In this document: piece after piece, positions 1-12,091 of the stretch
Position numbering within the stretch: the first letter of the stretch is position 1
Layout: the number at the start of each line of letters is the position of its first letter
Source: Stegostoma tigrinum
Lineage: Eukaryota
NCBI RefSeq assembly: GCF_030684315.1
Contig: NC_081381.1
Location: 27,655,811-27,719,810 of the forward strand
Reading direction: 5' to 3'
Length of the DNA: 64,000 bases
Position numbers and translations under genes: made by a program
Notes under the pieces: generated by a model
Seen by the model: only the letters and a program-made list of their open reading frames with translations
What the model was told of the DNA's origin: nothing
The model's database searches: none

Positions 1-185
1 CGTGGAATGGCCATGCTATATCACTCATAGGGTCCAGGAATGTTCAGGCTACGTGGATTAGCCATGGGAAATGCAGGGTCATGGGGTTAGGGTAGGTAGG
101 CAGGTCTGGGTGGGATGCTGTTTGGAATGTTGATGTCGACTAGATCGGCCAAATGACCTGCTTCCACACTATAGGGATTCTGTGG
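1..185 (+). mobile_element. 3' part of HE1-type V-SINE
   Basis: ggattagccatgggaaatgcaggg...tgggatgctgtttgg...cttccacactatagggattct matches the other copies in the window. Confidence 0.75.
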
Positions 186-1171
186 CAATATCCTCATTGT
201 TCAGTTGCTATCCCCTGTATGTAGGTTGTATTGGACATGAAATACCTCAAATGGTATGGGAAACAACTTCCAGTCCATCATTTAAGGCTCCAAATCATCT
301 GTCTAGACAATTCAGCTTAATTTCCAGAAGACCTATAGCCTGCTTTATCATCACTTGAATGGTGCTGTGATAGCTGTTGTAACTCTCTTCAAAATCAAAG
401 CGAGGGTTTTGAAGAGGCATTATAGCTTCAGCATCACCCACTCCCATCACCCAGTATGCATCCTTTAAGGTATCGTTAAGATGGCAGAGATCTAAAAGGT
501 CTAGTCCTTGGGATAGCCTTATATGTAGGAATTGTGCCTGCTTCTCAGGAACCATGTAAGAACGTGAAAGAAGCACTTGCAATGGCCATAGACTAGTCAG
601 ACATTGGGAAAGCATAAATTCTTTCTGTAGCTGCAGACTGTTAATTGGGAGCCTTGTTGACTGTACAAATATCACTCTGCACCTTGGAATCCTGTGATTG
701 GCCCTAAATCTTATTGTCTTCTCTACCTGAACCAATGCACAAATTGGTCGACCCTCTTGAGCGTGGTATTGCTGTATCAAGATGGTTACCAATAAGCTGA
801 AACTAGGAGGACCCACAACCTGTTCAATGGATCTCTAGAATGATCCAAAGATTTAAATGCTGTAGTTATCTTCAGTTCCACTTGCATTGTGTAGCTACTG
901 TTTCCTATGGACCTTAGCTCATCCTCCAGCATAACACAGCTAACCTGGGATGGTTGTCCTCAGAGAGGCAGAGTGTTTGGTGCCACAGCAGCAGATCTGA
1001 CATTCGGGGTAGACGTGCCATGGTCTATAAAGCCTCCCTCATGGACAACTCCTTCTCTGTCAGTAGGCTCGTTCTACACCCTAATTCTCCCTCCCATCCC
1101 TCCTTCTCCACTGCATCCCCCAAGGTAGGCATATTTGCTGCCTCTCCGGTTGCTGTTGCACTTTGTTACAG

Positions 1172-1190
1172 CTCTCTCTCTCTCTCTCTT
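1172..1190 (+). repeat. (CT)n microsatellite
   Basis: ctctctctctctctctct. Confidence 0.8.
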
Positions 1191-1647
1191 TGCTACTCCT
1201 TTTCACCAAAGGTCCAAAAACATGAGTGAATGAGACATCTAGCCCTCTGGATTCACTCACTAAGCACTTCCACCATTTTTTTCACGTACAATCTTTGTGC
1301 ATTTGCACTTCCTCACTAATGCTTCATTAGATTAAGGCTTTCCTGGTAGAACAATTTAACCTCCCCAAAAGGACACGCTCCCTGCTCTGTTGATGTCCAA
1401 CCCATTTAACTTGTGGAGCTCCCTCCTGCCTTAGTGCTGGTCCCATTTCATCAGGAGCGGGTTATGTCTAAATGAATAATGTTAGTGGGCAGGCTTAGGT
1501 ATTATGTTATAGTAAAAAAAATCACTATTTGACCCAGTGTTTCACCAGAGATGTCCAATTCTTTTGAACCCAACTAAGCAACAGCTGTGGTATGTCAGCT
1601 AGGTTTAACAATATAAAAGTAAGCCAGTCAGCATAGATGTGTTTTAC

Positions 1648-1786
1648 CTGTCTCTCCCTCTCTTCCGAAGACTCGGTGAACACTATCTCTAATCTGGGAA
1701 GTTGGAAGCAATGACTTAGTGAAACGTAGAAACCGTTCAGTCAAGGCCTTCACTGGTCTCTTATCATCAACTTTGTCACTGTTCAT
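1648..1786 (-). CDS. Candidate coding exon of an unidentified divergent gene (exon 1800-1648, ATG at 1786)
   Basis: Polypyrimidine tract plus cactcag| acceptor at 1801, aacATG, open frame MNSDKVDDKRPVKALTERFLRFTKSLLPTSQIRDSVHRVFGREGET, donor CAG|gtaaaa. No homologue recognised. Confidence 0.4.
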
Positions 1787-2039
1787 GTTAGGTTGATCTC
1801 CTGAGTGTGAGCGATACATAGAAGGAAAGAAACATATAACACAAAACACATCAGGAAATTTGTGTGGAACAAATAGTGAGCCGGAGGACAACAGAGTGAA
1901 AGATTGTTCTGATCAAATTTATATAGTGCTGAGATGTTTTTTAAAAATTGGTGAGCATTAGCAAGCACGATTGAAACATGTCTTTACCAGGTAGATGTGT
2001 TTATTCATAACTAACCTTTTGCCTTTCTTTGAGAAAGCA

Positions 2040-2360
2040 AAAGACACACGATAATAATCATGAAAAAGGCTCGCATCTCCGAGTTCTCTCAGTGACAGCG
2101 GACGGTCGGTAAGTCATATATTTATCCAGTACGGTAACAGAGTGGTTGCCGATTTAGAGGCCTGGACTATAATGTAGCAGAATTCCCCCGGGTTAATTCA
2201 CGATTTGAATTGAGCGAACGACGTCGGCAGAAAGAATTTCCGACTCGGGGTCACCAATTCCATTGTTGGGTTGGCAAAGGTCACAAAGATATTTTTTGTC
2301 ACAGTTTTAGTATTCTGCTCGCTTGTAAAGCGCTCATTGCCGAAAATAAAAGTCGGCTAA
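2040..2360. promoter_or_regulatory. CpG-rich, possibly bidirectional promoter
   Basis: CpG cluster, strong + strand donor TCG|gtaagt (2108/2109), - strand donors near 1988 and 2016, and a - strand exon-like segment at 1648-1800. Confidence 0.45.
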
Positions 2361-3925
2361 TGGATAAATATCAATAAAGATCAAACTCCTGGAGTTGGTT
2401 AGAGGTTAAAAAAAACGTATTGAAGAAATGGAATTTGCTGTAAACATTCATATATATTCGTAAACGTTTTTATGTAAATAGGATCCAATATGAGGCTTGG
2501 TACTGGTTGCGGTTATAAACAGTCAACTTTGGCATTGTTAACATAGATAAATTCATTTTATGAATATAATTGTTTAATTATGAATCAATGCGTTTTTGAA
2601 CTTACTTATATAATTATTTGAAATTAGTAATTTTTACTGTTATTGTTTACAGGCGATTATATTCTTACTTCTTAAATCTTACATATTTATATAGTACGGT
2701 AACACAGTGGTTACCGATTTAGAGGCCTGGACTATAATCTAGCAGGTAGCGACTTGAAATTCTACCGTGGCAGCTAAAAAATTCAGTTAAAGAACTAAAT
2801 CTGAAATAAAAAGCCAGTGTGAGTAACAAAAGTAAAACTCTGCAGATGCCTGAAATCTGAAATGAAACAGAAAATACGAGTACTACAAATACTCAGTAGA
2901 TCAGCCAGCATCTGCCGGGAGAAAAGGTTCGCGTTTCCGGTGTATAGTTATTCAGACTTGAGGAGTATAGAAGTGTGTATCACGTTTTCAGCAAGAGAAC
3001 TTGGGGAATAGGAAGAAGAACAAAGGGAAGGTGAAGCAAGAGTAAGTAGCAAGGAAGATTAAATGGGAAAAGATTTCACAATACAAAAGCCAAAAAGAAT
3101 GGCAAAGGGTACAATAAAGGAACAAAAGATGTGTCCAGAGTGGGGGACTATACTACAAAACAATGTTCAAATGCAAAATGAGGAAATAAAGAAAGAAATG
3201 AGAACAAAAAGGACAAGCAGAAACAAACATGAGGCCCAGGTTGTGGTCTAAAATGTTTGAACTCCACATTCAGTCCAGTAGCCTGTGGAATGTCAAGTTG
3301 AAAGTGAAGTTTCTGGTCCATGTCACATTGGTAGTCATGATGTGGAGGTGCTGGGGTTGGACTCGGGTAGACAATGTCAGAAGTCACACGAAACTAGGTT
3401 ATAGTCCAACAGGTTTACTTGAAATCACAAGCTTTCAGAATGCTGTTCCTTCATGAGGTGATGTCTGACTTCTGACATTGCCAGTCATCTATTTTCCAAA
3501 GTAGGCATGTGTCTGTCCTCTACAACTCTTTATTTGCATTTCACAGTTCAATATAAACTTCAATCCGCTCCCTTCCGAATATCACTGACTTCCTTCAGTA
3601 GGGAAAATCTGTTTTTTTTTAATGCCATTACCACAGCCTTCCCAGAAAAGGAGCTCCCTCTAACACCATTTCAAAAATTCTTAGATAGGATGGCACATGT
3701 GACAGCTGACTACTGGAAACTTTTCAGTAACAGATGCTACTTCACAAAGACATATCTCTGTCTGAAAGCAGATGTCTAATGACCTTCCTGCCTTTGTTGT
3801 CTGTGTGCAGATTCTTGATGAGGGACTCTCAGGTTCATGGCCCTATTCATGTTGATAATTGCCTATTGCTACTGGGCTTGCCATAAAGATCCTGGTAGAA
3901 AGATCCATGGCATAAAGATCCTGAT

Positions 3926-4297
3926 GGGGCAGCACAGTTGCTCAGTGATTAGCACTACTGCCTCACAGCACCAGAAGCCTGGGTTTGATTCCACCCTTGG
4001 ATGACTGTCATGTGGAGTTTGCATATTTTCCCAGTATTTGTGTAGGTTTCCACGGAGTGCTTCAGTTTCCTCCCAAAGTCCAAAGATGTGCAGGTTAGGC
4101 CATGTGCATGGTTTGGCCATGATAAATTGTCCATTGTGTCTAGGAATGTGTAGACTAGGTGGATTAGTCATGGTAAATGCAAGATTACAGAGATAGGTTA
4201 GGGGCCAGGTGTGGGTCGGATGCTGTTCGGAGGGTCAATGCAGACTTAATGGACTGAATTGGCCTCTCTCTGCACTGTAGGGATTCTATGATTCTAG
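3926..4297 (+). mobile_element. HE1-type tRNA-derived V-SINE
   Basis: tRNA-like head (A/B-box-like), V-domain tgtggagtttgcatatt...ccaaagatgtgcaggttagg, tail gattctatgattcta. Confidence 0.85.
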
Positions 4298-5269
4298 AAG
4301 CCTGCAAATGATTTTACTTAACCCGGAGATCTTTCAGAAAATATTTTCTGAAGAAGGGTCTAGGCCCGAAACGTCAGCTTCCCTGCTTCTCTGATTCTGC
4401 TTGGTCTGCCCTATTCATCCAACTCTACACCTTGTTATCACAGACCTTAATGAGTTGTTTTCTTTTGGTTTCTTCAATTCTTTCTGATTATTTGTTGACA
4501 ATACAAGGTTGTTGGTGCACCTACACTCAGGCATTCACTGGTTGAGAATGCGCCCTTTTAATGTTCCTGAAAATGGTTTTCACTTTTTCTTTCAACAGAG
4601 GGTTTGCCAAAAGAGCAGCTTACAGAGGAAGGGTAAGAGAGTAGTTAGCTCCTCGAGATTTTCTTCTATTCTGAATACATGGGAGAAAAAGAGAAATTGA
4701 TGCTTTCTCTTCACAGACTGGATGTTTGTGCTGTATTGTCAACATATAAAACTGTAGTCGCCTGCCCAGGAACCAATCAGGAGGGTGTTACTATGCTGAG
4801 TTGTCCTGATCACACAGCAGCTGGTGCTGATTAGACTGAAATTCTCAGTCATTGCCAGAATAAGGCTACATTGTAAAAACAAAATCCAATTTGTTCCAGT
4901 AACTTGTTTGTGAAATTGCAAATATCTCTTACATCACGTTCTTGCTTTAAAGCAGTATCTTTTCCAATTTTTGGTCAGCAGCCCAAAAATAATTGTCAGC
5001 TTTACGTAAGCAACAAGAATTTTCACGTCATGCTTATAACTGAACAGGAGTGATTTCATGGAACAGCCATCCACTCTCTATAGAACTGAATCCATCCGAT
5101 CTCCTTTTGGTCTCCCCATGTACAGGAAACCACTTTGTGAATATTAAACAAAAAAAATGCCAGGGAGACTAGAAAGAGGACAAGCAAAGTTGAGCATCAA
5201 GTATGTTTCAAAAGTGGAATGATATTAAAATGACCAAGTGAAGAGCATTCTCCCTGTATGGGTGCAGCA

Positions 5270-7785
5270 TTCACAGCAGAGATGATCTAAAGGCACAAGT
5301 TGAGATACATGGATGTGATCTCATTGCCACTAATAGCAACATGGCTGCATGGTTATCTGCACTAAGAAGTGAATTTTCAAAGATATTCAATGTTTAGGAA
5401 GCGTGAAAGGAGGTAGAGTTACACTGATGATAAGTACAGTTTTTAAGGGAGGATCTTGTATCAGAAGAACAATGTGTGGCTACTGTTTTGGGTGGAGCTG
5501 AAAAGCAGAAGGGGTAGCAGACAGTGGTTAGAATCCACCAAATAGAAGTAGTTTTGTGGAGAACATCCCCTATAAACTGCACAGCCAGTTTGAGAATCCG
5601 TGCACAATGATCAGTGTTTTAATGCCATTCACCGCTTTGACTTCAGATTTCAGAAATCATTACTTTGCTCAAACCTTGGAGGCCCACACAAAAGATGAAA
5701 ATAAAAGTGACAACACTGGTGTGGAGCATGGTTTTAACTAAGAGATGAGAGAAGCATGTAGCATGAGTGATTTCATCTGCATATAGACTGGGTAAACCAA
5801 TTGAGTGTTAAATCTATGGAGGGCAATTTTCTGGATTGTGTTATCAGCAATTTTCTAGAGTAGTAGGTTGAGGAGCCACCTAGAGGAAGTGCTATTTTAG
5901 ATCTGATATTGTGTAATGAAAAAAGGGCTAATTAACAATATTGTTGTAAAATAACTTTTAGGAATGAATGATTGCTTGAAAGTAAGATAGTTCATTCCAA
6001 AGCAAAGAAGATAAATTTGAAAAAGGGAAATTATGAAGGCACGAGGCACAAATTGGCTGAAGTGAATTGGGAAAGTATATTAAAATGTGTGACTGCACAT
6101 TGGCAACACTCTTTTGAAATGCAAAAACTCAAAAAAGGTGAGGCAACAAAGGTGATGGCTAACAAAGGAAAATCCAGATGTTATTAGATTGGAAGAAAAG
6201 GTCTACAAAGTTAGCAGAAATAGCAGTAATTCTGAGAATTGGGAGGTTTATAGATTACCACAAAGAAAGACTAATGAATTGATAAGGGAAGGGCGAATAG
6301 AATATGAATGTAATCTAGCAAAACAAAACATAAAAATGGACTATAAAATCCTGGATAGATAGGTGAAAAAGAAATGTTTGACTAAAACAAATGTGAGTCC
6401 ATATAGGCAGTCTGGACAATTTATAACAGGGAATAGAGAAAAGGCAGAGAAGCCAGTTGGTTACTTTGTGTATATTTTCCCAAAGATTTCAGAAATCTCA
6501 CAGCATTAGAGACCCAAGTAGCTGGGGAGGAAGAGACTTTGAAGAAAATTAGCATTGGTAAGAAGATTGGACTGCAGAAATTAATGAGGCTGAAAATTCA
6601 AAAATCTCCAGGTCCTGATGGTTGACATCAAGAGTGTAGAAGGAGGTGGCTTTAGAGAAATATGATTCATTGTTTATTATCTTTAAAAATTCTGCAAATC
6701 TTGAATGATTCCTGTCAAATTTGAAGGTAGCAAGTGTCATCCCACTATTTAAGAAGGGAGTGAGAGAGAAAACAGGGAACTACAGACCTATTAACCATCT
6801 ATCAGTAGTGAGGAAAATGCTAGAATTTATTACAATTGAGGGATAAGTAGACACCTGTTGGTAATGATCTGAGTGGGCAGTCAACATGGATTTCCAAATG
6901 AAAAATTGTTGTAGATTTTTTAAGATGTTACTAACAAAATTGATAAAGAAGATCCAATGGATGTAGTACATTTAGATTTTCAAAAGGCTTTTGATAAAAT
7001 CCCCCTCAGGAGGCTGATTTAAAATTTAAGGATATGGGATAGGAGGTAATGTGCTAGCATGGATTAATGATTGGCTAACAGTGAGAAAACAGAAAATAGG
7101 AATAAATGGGTCATTCTTGTGTTGGCAGGCTTCGCAAGGGTCAGTACTTGGGCCCAGTTGTTCATAATATACATCAATGATTTGGAGTTGGCAATAGATG
7201 TAATATTTCCAAATTTGCAGATAATGCAAAGTTGAGCAGGAATGTGTGTTGTGAGGAAGATGTAAAGTGACTTCAGAAGAATTTGGCCAAGGTTTGTAAA
7301 TAGGCAAGGACATGCCAGATGATATATAATATGGATAAATGTGAAGTTATCCACTTTGTTAGGAAGAATGGATGTAGAGAGTATTGTTGAAATGAGTAAG
7401 AAGTCTGAAAGTGTAGATGAACAAAGGACCAAGGTGTCCATGTCATTAAGTCACTGAAGGCTAACATGCAGGTGCAGCAAGCAGGTAGGCTAATGGAATG
7501 TTAGCCTTTATTGGAAGGTGATTTCAGTGCAGGAGTAGTGAGATCTTGCTTCAGTTATATAGGAGTTTGATTAGACTGTGCTGGGAATGATTGTGTGTAA
7601 ATTTTCCTTACCTCAGAAAAAATATTATTGCCAAAGTGGGAGTGCAACGAAGGTTCACCAAACTTATTCCAGGACGGAGTAAAATCCTTGGGTTTGTCCT
7701 TGGAATGTCCTTGAGAGATTGGGAAAACTAGACCTAAATTCTCTGCAGTTTTGAAGAATAAGAGGTGACCTCATTGAAACATACA
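5270..7785 (+). mobile_element. Decayed CR1 LINE ORF2 (endonuclease through RT)
   Basis: Broken CR1-type motifs (KKGNYEGTRHKLAEVNW, KSPGPDG, NYRPI, DVVHLDFQKAFDKIP, SKFADNAKL), many stops and frameshifts. Confidence 0.85.
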
Positions 7786-7789
7786 TGTT

Positions 7790-9370
7790 TCGTCCCCAGA
7801 GCTCACTTGGAGAGTGCATCCGTTTTATAGGAGTGGGATGTCCTGTCAAAGACCTTCCCTTGGGCAGGTGTCCATCTCTTCCCCTGTCCTGCAGATATGC
7901 GAATGTATTCCTGCATATCACAAGGCTCTCAGACACCTTCCTGTCAGGTACAGCAAAAGTTTGGTCAGTTGACTCCAGTTCATACTTGACCCAGTTGGTG
8001 ATGACTTTGGTCTGGATTTTGTCTACATTCAGCAGTGAGATTGGTTGCCAATTCCTAATTTTCTCCCTCTCTTCCTTCTGCTTGGCAGGTAGGCCATCAT
8101 TTCCAGGAATTTTACTCTTCTCAAAGGACTCAAGGGCTTTAGTCAGCTCATCCAGAGATTACAACTGGTCCAGACTCTCCCATGTGCTGTCATCTGAGAC
8201 CTGCTAGATAGAGGTCAGGAACAAAAGGGAGACCATACAATCTGTGGGCTTTTTGTCATAAGGTCTGGCACAAAAGGATTTGCTGACCCTCAAAATGTCA
8301 GACTGAGATTATGTTACCAAGCCAGCTTTCTCCTACACACTGCTGATCACAGAGCTCTCCCTGTGCATTTTCTGGAAGATGAAACATGAGCATGTCTCAT
8401 CCTGCTCCACAGGATGGAATGGAAGATTATCTTGGAGAACTCCAAGGCAAAGAGTGAGGTTTGCTGACTCCTCACCTCATGGAGATCCTTGACATCAACA
8501 CTAATCACCTGCAGCAGGAGCAGGTTCTTAACGTTTTTGTGGATTTGGGACAATTTCATCTGCCTCTCTCCCTTGCCTTCTGAACACCTTTGAGAATAAA
8601 GAACCTCTTGATATTCATTTTGATTGCTTCCCACCAGTGTGCAGAAGGCTAAAAGTGGAGTTTCATTGTTCTCAAACCTCCATAATTCCTTTTGAGTTTG
8701 TTAATGTGTTCAGGGGTCAACAGTTTGTGTTCAGCTTCCATGTTTCCTTGACACCTCTCTGGCCTTCCTGTAGGTGACAGCTGGACAATAGAAGGTAGTG
8801 GTCAGAGTAGAACATAAGTTTTATGTTGGTGGATGTGACAGAGACAAAAACAGAAACTCTATTCTGAAGCAGACAGATCCACCTGGCTGTGACCAGCTGA
8901 GTCTAGATGTGCTGCCTGGTTTGCTGCCAGTCTCTCCTAATGATACAGCTGCTTCGATGATTCAGTTGAAATCATTGGCTAAATGACCTGCTTGGACGTT
9001 GCCCGCAGCCGTGGCAGCTGCTGAAGAACGGCCGTATGCTCATTCTTTATCACTGGGACATACCCGTTCATTAGTCTTGGGAGAGTCATCTGATGCAAGG
9101 AGGTGCCCAGCCACCAAGTCTTAACCTTGGAGATGAAGCTGCCTCTCACAACAGAATACCCAAGGTGGACGAAAAGTAATCATTACCTCCTGACTGCATG
9201 GATGGCCTATGGGCCCACCAGCTCAATCATTTCCCGCAACTACTGAGGTACATTGCTGCAGGGACACGAGATCCACTTTGATGTTCGCCCAGTAAGCCAA
9301 CGTAGAATCACACCACATAGTAGCCTGAATGCTATGCACATTGATGCTGGAAATTTTAAATCTCATGTTA
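7790..9370 (-). mobile_element. Decayed Tx1/L1-like non-LTR retrotransposon ORF2 N-terminal half
   Basis: Minus-strand remnants SLDELTKALESFEKSKIPGNDGLPA and QQTSLFALEFSKIIF, and an endonuclease-start-like KVDLVSLQQ. Abuts the preceding CR1. Confidence 0.65.
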
Positions 9371-9417
9371 AGACTTTAGGTAGCATTTCTGTTATTAGAG
9401 TCTGTCCATGCAGGCTT

Positions 9418-11402
9418 ACTTTTCATGACTGGCTAATTGTATTTCTATCGTTATGGTCAAGTGTATCTCTCTCTGCACGCTTACTATAGTCCAATTGAGT
9501 TGGCACATTATATATCACTACAGATTAATTCTAATCTGAGGACAGGTAGAGATAACACAGCAATGGAGCTGGAGGAATACCACAGGCCAGGTAGCATCAG
9601 AGGAGCAAGAAAGTTGACGTTTTGTGTCAGGATGCTTCTTAGGAAATGGGGAGAGGTGGAAGGCAGCTGGGAAGTAGAGAGGAAGGTAATAGGTGAGTGC
9701 AGGTGGGGAGTGGTCAGTGAGGTGGAGGGCCACCACTCTCTACCTTCCACAGCCCCACTCCCTCTATTTATTTCCCAGCTCCCTTCCCCCTCCCTATTTC
9801 TGGGGCAGGGTCTTGACCTGAAACATCAACTTTCTTGCTCCTCTGATGCTGCGTTCCTCCAGCTCCACATGGTGTTATGTCTGACTCCAGCATCTACAGT
9901 TCTTACTGTCTCATCACAGGTAAACATATGATATATACCTGAAGGTTTATTACTCCCGCCCCTGTTTAGGGATCTCTACAGGCGTATTCCTGCTGCTGGC
10001 AGTATTATTACACATCTCTGGAGAAGGGGGGGGTCTTGAACGCGGGGTCTCTTGGTTTCGGAGAGGGGAAATACTATCAATACACCTCAAGGATGCCGCT
10101 TCCACCAATGATGGTCTCCTGAAACAGGAATCCCATCATCTATCCTGGGTGAGGTTTATTGTGAGTGAATTGCTAATTCACTGGGTCCTCCGACCACCAG
10201 GGGTCGTAATAAAAAAAACAACTGACTCGGAGTACACGGAGGCTGCTGAGCGCCGCATCCTTTCGGAAGCCGCGGGGGCTGGAGCCAGTACGATTAGGCC
10301 AGGAGGTGGAGGCTGAGTTTGTAGCGCTTCTTTCTATTTTTGTTCGCAGCCAGAGCGAAGGCGAATAGGGCCGGTCATAAGGAATGATTGGGGGTTGGGT
10401 AGGGGGTGGTAATGTGAACGGGGCCTGTTGCTTATGAATAACGCACCGATACAGAGAGAGGGATAGTTTGGGGTACGGAGAAGAAAAAGAGCAAGGTAAC
10501 GGGGCAGTGAATCAATATCGCTCCGTGCGTGGTCGAAGAGGAGGGCGTTTCACATGCAGGGGGCCAGAAGAGAAGAGGGGGTGTCCGGGTGGTTCTGTGG
10601 AGGGAGGAAGAAAGAAAAAGGTGATAAATGTACCCAAGCGGGTTGGGGGTGGAGGACAGGAGAGATGGGGCGTACAGGAGGCGGAAAAGGGTGGGCTTTG
10701 GGTGGTAGAAAATAAAAGGGGACGGGAGATACTCGAGTAAATGAGTTGGTGATGGGGGAGGTGAGGAGATTGAGTGAATACGCAGGAAGTGTGTGGGGTG
10801 AAAGGGACGAGGTGATGAAGATTTTCGGGGACCAGAGGAAGGGGAGAGGAGGGTGTTGGAGCAAGTGGAAAGGTAGGATGAAAGGGGAATGGAGTGGACT
10901 TGGACAAGTTGGTAAATGGTGAGGGGAAAGATGATGAGGTGGAGTTTGGAGAGAGGAAGGGAATAGGAGATGGTCACGGGACAAGAGTAGGATGGTGGGT
11001 GGTGAGCATGGGAGCAGAAAGTGGTTAGTGGGAGGACTGATGAATCAGCAATTCACATGATAAACTTCACCCAGGTAGATGATTCCTGTTTCAGCAGACA
11101 ATCGTTGGTGGAAGTGATTCTGTTGTGATGCATTGGTCGTATTCCCTACTCTTGAACCAAGAGACCTGGGTTCAAGGCCTACTTACTCTCGAAATGTGTA
11201 ATTACACTGCCAGCAGCAGGAATACTTGTAGAGATACCTAAACAGGGGTGGGAGTAATAAACCTGCAGATATACACATGTTTACCTGTACCCAGATTGAT
11301 TATTTATCTCTGCAGATTTATTTTAATCTGACTGTAGTAAGTGTGCAGAGAGAGATACACTTGACCATAACTATAGAATACAATTACCTGGTCATGAAAA
11401 GT
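9418..11402. repeat. Diverged inverted repeat pair (9418-10180 / 11041-11402)
   Basis: e.g. ggtcaagtgtatctctctctgcac vs gtgcagagagagatacacttgacc; tattcctgctgctggcagt vs actgccagcagcaggaata. Confidence 0.9.
10185..10400 (+). promoter_or_regulatory. CpG-rich probable NOL9 promoter / non-coding first exon
   Basis: Local CpG enrichment in a CpG-depleted background, ETS-like CGGAAG at 10264-10269, G-skewed tract downstream, ~1.7 kb upstream of the first coding-exon acceptor. Exact TSS and donor not resolved. Confidence 0.6.
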
Positions 11403-12091
11403 GGTGATAAAGGGATGAGGGGAGTGTGGATGGGGAACTGGAAGAGGACAGGAGGGTGGGAAGGAGGGAGGATGGATGGGATAGATGCATGGTGACCCAG
11501 GGTGCAAGTTAAGTGTGGTGGGATGGTGCAGAGCACACACATACATGGATGACTAACATGCGGTTAAGAAAGTGATTTTATGTACTGTGGGTGTAGATGT
11601 ACTAGAAGGGGCTAACGTGTCAAAGACTAAAAAGAGGTCGCGTGGTGGGATTGGTGTGGGGAAATTCTTTGAAGTGGGGCTGTGGGAGCTAATCAGTCTG
11701 AGGAGTTGTAGGAACAACAACAATGTGGGGTATAGTGTGATGAGGGCATTATGTCAGAGATAGAAGGGTTGTGGTTTGGTGGTGGAATGGGGAAAAAATA
11801 TCTGGTTGTAATTGGGGTATTTTGAGTTGTTGAGATGAATTTGTTCAAGAATAATTGGGTTTGCTTAGAGTTCCTGGAGATCTTGGGGTATTTCAGAAGA
11901 TTTTGATGCTTCAGGGTGTAATTGGGTCATATTGGTACTTTGAGCTACCGTCAGGTCTGGAGATTAATGTTCAGTAAGTTTCCATAACAAATTCATTGAT
12001 TACAGAGTCTTTCAAACTGAGTTATAGAATTGACTGATTTTTAATCTCAATTCTGCTATAAACAGCTGGATTGTATGAGCATTAACACAAG

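Noticed and set aside
295-816. Retroviral/Maverick integrase remnant (YNSYHSTI resembles an integrase motif)
   Set aside because: No correctly spaced DDE core; single short motif only.
2400-10180. TAS1R1 exons expected from human synteny
   Set aside because: No class C GPCR-like coding segments seen; the interval is mostly retroelements.
10432-10984. Several overlapping 130-180-aa ORFs
   Set aside because: Low-complexity products of a purine-skewed tract; same for ORFs at 42986-43402, 51213-51785, 52203-52706 and 53066-53600.
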